Assembly (NCBI RefSeq): GCF_052425735.1
Contig: NC_135759.1
Span: 41,044,001 to 41,108,000, forward strand
Source of the DNA: Oculina patagonica
Lineage: Eukaryota
Length of the DNA stretch: 64,000 bases
Direction: 5' to 3'
Under the pieces are notes generated by a model that worked only from the letters and a program-made list of their open reading frames with translations, did not search any database and was not told the DNA's origin. Within the stretch, counting starts at the first letter, position 1. The number at the start of each line of letters is the position of its first letter. Below, piece after piece: positions 25,796 to 41,217 of the stretch. The position numbers were made by a program, and so were the translations under genes.

Positions 25796-26704
25796 GGTCG
25801 CGCAGGACCCTTGAAATCATTATGTATGCATTTATTTAAAGAGTATGCACGAACTGCGACGACTGAAGCCGATAACAAACGAAATATTCATGACAATGTT
25901 TTTCTTAAAGTTCTTTGTACAAGTAATTAGACGGTATTGTTCTCAGCTTAGCGTACCGTGCGCTGAAACAAAGCGAATTATCATAACTAGATTCACAGCT
26001 GCGAATATAGCAGAAGTCGGTTGTAAACATTGACTCGGAAGGTCTTCGGAAGCGGATAATCCTGCAATTTTGTGTCCAAGTTTTCTTCGCCGATATAGAA
26101 TTTCAGGAGTTGATTCGCGAGGAACATGAACTTGGTGCACTCTATTGTGTTATGACAAGAGCGAATTTTGAAATTTCGTTCTTAAAATGAAGATTATGTA
26201 ATTAATTAGGGAGGGCCATATTGTAAACTACTGGGCCACCAGTAAATTATGTTACCCTCGTTAAATAAAGTTTTTTTTTTTTTTTTATTATTATTATTAG
26301 ATAGCACGTTTCAAAGTTTAGATTTCACATTTTTACTCTCTTAGAAGCAGATAACTTCTAGAGGTTTTTGAAATCGAAAATTTCGTTCTTGTCATAACAC
26401 AAAAGAGGTTATGATTCATCACTAGGTTATGTAATCATTTAATTCGGTGCGCTGTTACAGCCGAAAACTTATACACAAAATCGCATTATCTGCAGTTAAA
26501 CTTTTAAGAGCCTGTAACATTACAGTAAACGGTCATCTCTCAGTAAAAGGACAATCACGATGTAATTCCATCATCCCTTAATATCCTTGATAAATTTTAG
26601 AGGAATCGATGTTCAAAATGTAGCGAATTGAAGCTTAACAAGATAGCACCCCGTCAAGAAATTTGGCTAATGAATTTATTAATGAGCAAGGGTCCTGCGC
26701 GACC
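25796..26704. mobile_element. Non-autonomous TTAA-targeting DNA transposon, Kolobok-like
   Basis: TTAA on both sides; perfect 18-bp TIR ggtcgcgcaggacccttg; GG...CC termini. The empty site is visible in the paralogous sequence near 29173-29195. Confidence 0.8.
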
Positions 26705-27586
26705 TTAAGACACAGTGTTGACTGAATGTGATTGGCTAAAACCATTTATAAACCATTTACCATTGCTTCGCCGACAAAATTTGTAATAATGAATGCTTTG
26801 TCGAATAAACTTAAATACAATTGAAAAGAAATATTCCCCCGATCGAGTTTTTTTAAAACGTTTCGTCTTGAAATGCCAAAATAGAGAATATCTGACCTCG
26901 TTTAGAACAAATTTTGTTTTCATACAGACCGGAATTCGTTTATTGGTTAAACCTGGCCAAATCCGTAAATATACTCAACCGCTGCCAAGCAAGGGAAAAA
27001 TACAACCGACAACGAGCGCGGGAAACAAGCAACCGCTACCACAAGCGCGGGAAATCTGAGCAGAATTCTGAAAACTCAGTAACACAAGAGACCTAAGTTA
27101 TTATTATTAAAAAAAGAATCAAACTAAACGGAAATACCTATTGTGGCTCGAATCTTGTATTGTATAGCGTCACCTAAAAACGACCCCAAAGCGCGAGAAA
27201 CATGCAATCGGCACATTTGACGCGAGGAAATAAAAAACAACAAGCGCACGCGAAAAATTGCGCGTAAGCACAAATCACGATTGGTTTTAGTTTTATCCTG
27301 GACTAGATGAAAAATAGCAGTAAATAGGGGTTTTTCTCTTGATTCGTAAGGGAACGTTTCATCTTTTTTTGAGAGCAAACTACCGAAGACAGAAAAAGAC
27401 ACAACGAAAACAAACACATGCCATTACTTTGAATAGTCAATTTTATTTGTTCTACTGCTGTTCAAAGACGCAAAAATGCCCTATGGCCGTTAGAGTAGCC
27501 ACGATTGTAAATTTAAACTGCATTAGAACGTTGAAAGAAATTAAATGTTATATATATATATATGAAGTTATTATTGATGAAATTGA

Positions 27587-29098
27587 TTAAAGTTTCGTTT
27601 CTTCGCAACTGTTCCACTCAGGTTCTTTTTCATTATTTAACTTAGCAACAGTAAGTTTGTTGTCTAGTGTGTTCAAGTTTGTTGACAAAGTTGGCAACGA
27701 CCTGGATCTCGGAAAATATTTTTCTGCTGCATTTTGATGATAGCTTGTTAGTGTGACAAAGGAGTTTTCATTCAGCGACGATGATCGCGCAATTTTAGTA
27801 ACGATATGATGCTGAGGTCTTTTAATCTCTGTGGTAATTTTCGATAATTCAGAATAACACTGAATGCGCTTTTTTCTTGGGGTATTTTCAATCTGAACTT
27901 TTACAACTAGTTTTTTGCGTTGTTGTGTAAAGACCTTCTCGTTTGCTACCTTCGATAAAGCTGATATGGGTCTTTCCTTCAATGTCACATTCGACCTTCC
28001 TAGAGCCGTATCCGACTCTGATCTTATTAAGCGGGGGCGTTTTTGTCCCATTTGAAGCTCTTCAACATCTAGCGATGCCCAGGAATAGCGGCGTCTCCTA
28101 GTTCGACACATAGTGCGAACTGCTGTCGGAAGAATTCTTTGAGATTTTCTGCATCTTATTAGCTCCAGTGCAGCTTTCCTTAAACGGCGGTCTCTATAAC
28201 AGTACAATAGTGGATTGGCGAGAGAGTTTAACTGAAACATTGTATCTGCCCATCGAAAGATATAACTCTCACGGAGAAAAGGCCAAATTCCCCTGAACAG
28301 GTAAAGTAGAAGGGTGGGAACGCACGAGATACAGACGAAAAGTGTTATCCAGAAAGTGGTGAAAGCAACCTTTCTTTCAAGCTTCGCTTTAACCAAAGCA
28401 CGATTCACTGGGCGGATTTGCGTTCGGTTCTGCTTTTGCACTCCGAGATAAACCTTAACATAACAGTATAGAATAAACAAAATGCACACAGCCCAGAAAA
28501 TGCTTGTTATAACATCCACGGCTAAAACAACGTCATAAGGGACGCCAAAGGTTTCCATTACAATCATTGCAACAACCATTAGTAATGCTAACAGCCATGC
28601 AATTCTCGCGTACTTCTTTAGACGGCCTTTTGTAACAATAACCTTGTACTTCATCCATTTTACAATCGCCACATACCCCTCCCAAGCAATTAGCAGCAAA
28701 TGTAAAAACGACGCACCGCAAATAAAATATAGTACAAAGTCACTGATGATATCTACAGTACAGATAATATCCTTCAAGAAAATCCTTTGCAGAAGTAACA
28801 CGTCTAAAGTGATAGTCAGTGGCATAGATACAGCGCCCACCAAAAGATCAGCCACAGCCAAACTAGACAGTAAGATGTTTGAATTCTGTTTCAATTCTTT
28901 TGTCGTCTTCACGGCTATTACCACCAAGAGGTTTAACAGAATGGTAACGGGACAAGCAATGGTCATGACGGCGAGAATAATCTTCAGAGAAGTTGTCTCA
29001 TTTAAGTCCCAGATGAATTCTGGCGAGGTCGGGCAACGAAACACTGACCTGATTTCGTTGAAGGAATTGGCGAGTGATTCTGTATTATTCATCATCAT
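27587..29098 (-). CDS. Intronless class A (rhodopsin-like) orphan GPCR, cnidarian-expanded aminergic/adenosine-like type
   Basis: 503-aa ORF, 7 hydrophobic segments, LNLLV (TM1), SLAVADLLVG..SMP (TM2), IAWEGY (DRY site), NSLANPLLY (TM7), long basic Ser-rich tail. Confidence 0.92.
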   Translation of the reverse strand: MMMNNTESLANSFNEIRSVFRCPTSPEFIWDLNETTSLKIILAVMTIACPVTILLNLLVVIAVKTTKELKQNSNILLSSLAVADLLVGAVSMPLTITLDVLLLQRIFLKDIICTVDIISDFVLYFICGASFLHLLLIAWEGYVAIVKWMKYKVIVTKGRLKKYARIAWLLALLMVVAMIVMETFGVPYDVVLAVDVITSIFWAVCILFILYCYVKVYLGVQKQNRTQIRPVNRALVKAKLERKVAFTTFWITLFVCISCVPTLLLYLFRGIWPFLRESYIFRWADTMFQLNSLANPLLYCYRDRRLRKAALELIRCRKSQRILPTAVRTMCRTRRRRYSWASLDVEELQMGQKRPRLIRSESDTALGRSNVTLKERPISALSKVANEKVFTQQRKKLVVKVQIENTPRKKRIQCYSELSKITTEIKRPQHHIVTKIARSSSLNENSFVTLTSYHQNAAEKYFPRSRSLPTLSTNLNTLDNKLTVAKLNNEKEPEWNSCEETKL

Positions 29099-30440
29099 GA
29101 TCGATACACATGGATAGTTCGAGAGAATGAGCTTCTTGTAAGCTTGGCTATGGTTTGGTTTTGTATGGTCTTGTCAACACTGTGTCTTTAGTAACAATTG
29201 TACGGCTGCACATACAACATTGCTCTTGCATATCAATTTTTTCATTTTGTGATTTCCCTTGGTAAGAGACTTCATTCATTGACGATGTCTTTTAAGTAAT
29301 TTTTCCAAAAAAAGGTTTTTGCTCAGCTGTATTGTTTTAATTTGAGCACAAACTGAAGCCATTAGTCGCAGAATATGGCGCATTGTATGAGGTAAATTGA
29401 CAAGAATTTTGTGGACCTAACTCATTTTTTTTTTCATAGAAACACAATCGGGCTGTATGAGGAGGAAACAGTAATCTCCCGTCGGCACAAAACATTTGTT
29501 TAGCTTTGTATTTTTTTAATCTACAATTTCGCCTCTGATCATACATTTAACAAATTAACGTTTTCTCGACAATTGTTCGTTCATCTTACTAAAACTTGCT
29601 CCCTAGTATTAACATGGATATGATAACAAGAGAAAATTCTCTACAGTGACTTAGGGCAATAAATGAGGAAAACTGCTTCTTCGCCCAACTGCCATTTCTG
29701 CCATTTCTATTAAGTTTCACCTGTCTTGCATAACTAGAAAGTTTTGGTCAAGTTTATCCTAGCCGTTCAGTTCTCTGATTAAATTCAGAACGTATCTTTT
29801 TCTCTTCAATTTAAACTAGCATTGCCCCATTCTACGTTGGTATATAATGTTCCTCTACACTCTTTTTATAGAAATGAATTTATTTGATAAGAATAGCGAG
29901 GCTAAAATTTGCAAAATTTTAAAAATATTTTAAGAATAAAAGAGGATGAGATTTTTTGAAAAGAATATAACTTTTGTGTTGAAAATTTGTAAATACAATA
30001 CTATTAAAAAACTTGCCTATAAAACGATGAACCTGCACTAGCCAAATGTTCGATGCTTTTTTTATTACGATTTACTCCACGACAGTTTGATGAACGGTAC
30101 ATGTAATACATATGTATGGTATACAGCACAAAAGACATGAACTAAACCGAACACCAAACTAACTGTTAACTGATGATCCAAATACACTCTAAAACGGAAA
30201 TGTCATACGCTAGAAATTAAGATTTAGAATATTCACAAGACAATTTTCAGGCTAACATCGCCAGAAAAATAAGAATATTCAGCCTGGGCCGGGAAAACAA
30301 TATTCTTCTACAGAAAAAAAAAGAGTGTTTGCCTGCTTTCGTGAAGCGGTCGCCGACGACCGATTAACAAGAGTCGAAATGATACTATTTATGACATTAA
30401 CATGACACTGCGAGCAATGTGATTGGTTAAAACCATTTAT

Positions 30441-30880
30441 TATATAGACTGCAGTGGTATAGTGAGTGGTAGCAAATCGATAAAAAATGTGTGGATTAAA
30501 ATGATATTTACACATGTGTGATATCATTTTTGATCAATCAGCTCGTAGAGTTTCCCATGTTTCAATGCTAAATGAGCCAGTGTTTATCGATATTAAGTCG
30601 AAATATCTTCGGATCTTCCTCTGCAATCTCCGGTAATCTTCGGCAATCTTCGGAAAATATTCGGAATCATTCGTACAACCTCGGACAATATTTTGAAAAT
30701 CTTCAGAATTCTTCGGAAAATGGTCGGAAATCTTCGGAAATCGTCAAAAACATCGTAATTAGTAGGTTTATATAATAAACAGAATAATACATGGTTGCTT
30801 GGATATATGAAATTTATCTTCTCGTGTTGAACACTCGAAGATAAATTTCATATCTCCGCGCAACCATGTATTATCCTCTA
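30441..30880. mobile_element. Non-autonomous element with internal cttcgga repeats and a 3' hairpin
   Basis: Interrupts a duplicate of 26727-27013; palindrome at about 30789-30870. Confidence 0.6.
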
Positions 30881-31178
30881 TTTATAAACCATTTACCACT
30901 GCTCCACCGACAAAAAAAATTGTTTTAACATTGGTCTCATACAAAAAATGTAATAATGACTGTTTTATCGAATAAACTTAATTACAATTGGAAAGAAATA
31001 TTTCCCCGATCGAGTTTTTTAGAAACGTTCCGTCTTCAAATGCGAAAATAGAGAATATCTGACCTCGTTTAGAACAAATTTTGATTTCATACAGACCGGA
31101 ATTCGTTTATTGGTTAAACCTGTCCAAATCCGTTAATACTCAACCGCTGCCAAGCAAGGGAAAAATACAACGGACAAC
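30881..31178 (+). repeat. Direct copy of the GPCR downstream flank (26727-27013)
   Basis: Shared tagagaatatctgacctcgtttagaacaaattttg...cagaccggaattcgtttattggttaaacctg; the 5' piece sits at 30417-30440. Confidence 0.85.
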
Positions 31179-32692
31179 AAGTACGTTAGTACGGCACAAT
31201 GTTATACAGTTGAAACGTTCGTAGTGTAAGTACGTTACTACGGCACGTTGTTATACAGTTGATACGTTCGTAGTGTAAGTGCGTTAGTACGGCACAATGT
31301 TATACAGTTGATACGTTCGTAGTGTAAGTACGTTAGTGCGGCACAATGTTATACAGTTGATACGTTCGTAGTGTAAGTACGTTAGTACGGCACAATGTTA
31401 TACAGTTGATACGTTCGTAGTGTAAGTACGTTAGTGCGGCACAATGTTATACAGTTGAAACGTTCGTAGTGTAAGTACGTTAGTACGGCACAATGTTATA
31501 CAGTTGAAACGTTCGTAGTGTAAGTACGTTAGTACGGCACAATGTTATACAGTTGAAACGTTCGTAGTGTAAGTACGTTAGTGCGGCACAATGTTATACA
31601 GTTGAAACGTTGGTAGTGTAAGTACGTTAGTACGGCACAATGTTATACAGTTGAAACGTTCGTAGTGTAAGTACGTTAGTGCGGCACAATGTTATACAGT
31701 TGAAATGTTCGTAGTGTAAGTACGTTAGTGCGGCACAATGTTATACAGTTGATACGTTCGTAGTGTAAGTACGTTAGTACGGCACAATGTTATACAGTTG
31801 ATACGTTCGTAGTGTAAGTACGTTAGTGCGGCACAATGTTATACAGTTGAAACGTTCGTAGTGTAAGTACGTTAGTACGGCACAATGTTATACAGTTGAA
31901 ACGTTCGTAGTGTAAGTACGTTAGTGCGGCACAATGTTTTACAGTTGAAACGTTCGTAGTGTAAGTACGTTAGTACGGCACAATGTTATACAGTTGAAAC
32001 GTTCGTAGTGTAAGTACGTTAGTGCGGCACAATGTTATACAGTTGAAACGTTCGTAGTGTAAGTACGTTAGTGCGGCATAATGTTATACAGTTGATACGT
32101 TGGTAGTGTAAGTACGTTAGTACGGCACAATGTTACACAGTTGAAACGTTCGTAGTGTAAGTACGTTAGTACGGCTCAATGTTATACAGTTGATACGTTG
32201 GTAGTGTAAGTACGTTAGTACGGCACAATGTTATACAGTTGATACGTTGGTAGTGTAAGTACGTTAGTACGGCACAATGTTATACAGTTGAAACGTTCGT
32301 AGTGTAAGTACGTTAGTGCGGCACAATGTTTTACAGTTGAAACGTTCGTAGTGTAAGTACGTTAGTACGGCACAATGTTATACAGTTGAAACGTTCGTAG
32401 TGTAAGTACGTTAGTACGGCACAATGTTTTACAGTTGAAACGTTCGTAGTGTAAGTACGTTAGTACGGCACAATGTTATACAGTTGAAACGTTCGTAGTG
32501 TAAGTACGTTAGTACGGCACAATGTTTTACAGTTGAAACGTTCGTAGTGTAAGTACGTTAGTACGGCACAATGTTATACAGTTGATACGTTGGTAGTGTA
32601 AGTACGTTAGTACGGCACAATGTTATACAGTTGAAACGTTCGTAGTGTAAGTACGTTAGTGCGGCATAATGTTATACAGTTGAAACGTTCGT
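31179..32692. repeat. 49-bp tandem array, about 31 copies (aagtacgttagtacggcacaatgttatacagttgaaacgttcgtagtgt)
   Basis: Head-to-tail near-identical units, no spacers. Confidence 0.97.
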
Positions 32693-33294
32693 TTTGTACG
32701 GACACCTCTCTAAGACGGACAACGGACACTTTGAAATCATTAACGGACACTTGAGAAGTGTTTTTATCATGTTTTATTAGTGAAAATACTTCCAAGCTTC
32801 GTATCGACCTAAAGAAAAGTTAGTCAGCGCCCTTAGGATACGTGTATACCAAGCTTACTAACCAAAAACAGTGACACGTTAACGGATTACTTCTCTGTTT
32901 ACGTGTATGGGCACTAAAGAGGTCGTTTCCTACTTACAGTATTACAGTTTGTAGAAGCTCTCAACGTTTGCTTTAACAAGCGAATAGACTAGAAGCCGTC
33001 AACGTTTGCTTAAACAAGCGAATACACATAGACGTGATACAATTTGCAATATGTATTTTTCATTTTTTAGAAGCAGTGAACTATCGATTGTAATGAACAA
33101 ACGAATCAATTTTCTTATTTTATTGTTGTCCCAGTTTGCAGGTTTTGTTAAAGTAAGCGACTTTAAACAGACTCAAAACAGACGTGTATTCATTGTGCAT
33201 AGGTTCAGCTTTATTATTTCAGAATTACTGGTGTCAAGTTACCTCGACTCTCTACATGGATGCCGAAGGTGTCCGTCTTAAAGAGAGTTGAATG
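32677..33294. mobile_element. Tc1/mariner-like MITE (TA-cagt...acggacacct / aggtgtccgt...tg-TA)
   Basis: Degenerate TIR with acggacacct core; TA flanks. Confidence 0.55.
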
Positions 33295-33443
33295 TATACA
33301 GGAGTCGGAACACCGTTTTTACGTTATGTGTCCTTTTTGTGCGTTTTAAAGCCTTATTTTTAAACGCTTAGAAAGGTTTATCTTTTCGGATACGCTAGCT
33401 GAACTTTCAATCTGCAGAAATTTTTAGGGAACGAAATGTTGTT

Positions 33444-33850
33444 ACCGTAATGATTCGATTTAGCGCCCGGGGCGCTTATTTACTTTAAGCACCTCAAGGA
33501 AGGGCGCTTATTCGAGACAGGGCGCTTATTAAATTTTTTGAGAAACAACCAAATGTTCAAAACAAAACTTAAAGAAATATTGAAATAACTAACAATAACA
33601 GAAACGGTAACAGTAGCCAATTGTTGAAAGTGCAGTTACTTTTAAAAGAATTGTTCATTTTAGCAGTAACTATATACATGTAAGGTACGGTGAATGTTTA
33701 TTAGAATGGGGGCGCTTATTAGAATGCCTTGGGAGCGCTTATTGGAAAAGGGGCGCTTACTGACAAAAACACATTCGAAGCGGGGGGGGGGGGGGGCGCT
33801 TATTCGGAAGGGGGAGCTTACTGCAAGGAGGGCGCTAAATCGAATCACGA
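33444..33850. mobile_element. Tc1/pogo-like MITE with gggcgcttatt repeats; inverted copy at about 38167-38650
   Basis: TIR ccgtaatgattcgatttagcgcc / ggcgctaaatcgaatc; internal sequence is shared with 38400-38645 in reverse. Confidence 0.7.
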
Positions 33851-34167
33851 ATTTACTAGCCGCTGTTGCCTTCACGAAAATTGTAGCTGGCCTTTTCTCG
33901 TGCCCAAAACGACATTTTTTCTCTCTCCGAAAACAGCAGGCATTACATTGCGCTTTAAACCCCAACAAAACCGCCAACTACACAGGCTAGAGCTGTAGAC
34001 ATCTCCAGTTTTTCATCACACTTTAATCCGAAAATTGTAAGCGATTATAGGTCTTCTGAATAGATATTCACCAAAACGGTCTGTTAAGTGCCCCTGGGTA
34101 GTACGGTAAGTACGTGTACTAAGGAAAAACCAACAGAAGGGCGCTCCTAAAGCGGGCGGCATTTTTT

Positions 34168-34275
34168 ATATTCTGTTTCACATTAACTTTATTAATATTA
34201 TTGTTGGTTTATGCAATAATGCAGCCATTGATTTTAGAAACTAGATATCTCGCTGATACACTTGAAACTTGTACT
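34168..34275 (-). repeat. Duplicate of the last DHFR codons and proximal 3'UTR (34414-34526)
   Basis: Both copies contain gattttagaaactagatatctcgctgatacacttgaaact. Confidence 0.9.
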
Positions 34276-34491
34276 GAGAGGATTGCATCTCCCCCTGGAT
34301 TGATGCCAGATCAAAAAAGAACACTCCAAGATTTCCGCTTTATAAAATTGTATTTGTACTTTAAGCCTTAAAGGCTCACATGGCTGTTTTCAAATCCTTT
34401 AGTCCATTACATTATATTCTGTTTCACATTAACTCTATTAATATTATTGTTGGTTTATGCAATAATCCAGCCATCAGATTGATTTTAGAAA

Positions 34492-40904
<6,413 letters not shown>

Positions 40905-41217
40905 GTTTTTCTCGTCCACACTCCACACTCACCTGTGTTCAAATGATTTTGGCGCGAAACGATGCGAAACGAAGGTCAATCAAGGGTAGCGTACAATGTC
41001 CACCAACTAAGAACAATTGTGATTGGTTACTGTAACCAGGTTGTGTTTCTTAGCTCAAATATGATTGGTTCACAAATCAAACCAAAACATAGATAGAGCG
41101 AAGCGACAGTGTGAACGCTAAACCAAAGTTGTGTTTTAACGGAGAAGTGTGCTGGTTGTAAGCGCTTTTATCTTCACTGCGAACTTTCAACTTGGCAAAG
41201 TCTTGTCATAAGACACC
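40905..41217. promoter_or_regulatory. Bidirectional DHFR/CPT1 promoter with dual E2F site, CHR and two CCAAT boxes
   Basis: Divergent ATGs at 40904 and 41218. On the minus strand: TTTCGCGCCAAA (40959-40948), TTTGAA (40943-40938), CCAAT (41026-41022 and 41068-41064). Confidence 0.75.

Noticed and set aside
28644-29117. 157-aa plus-strand ORF
   Set aside because: Antisense shadow of the GPCR CDS.
31179-32692. CRISPR-like regular array
   Set aside because: Units abut with no unique spacers, there are no cas genes, and the context is eukaryotic. It is a tandem repeat.
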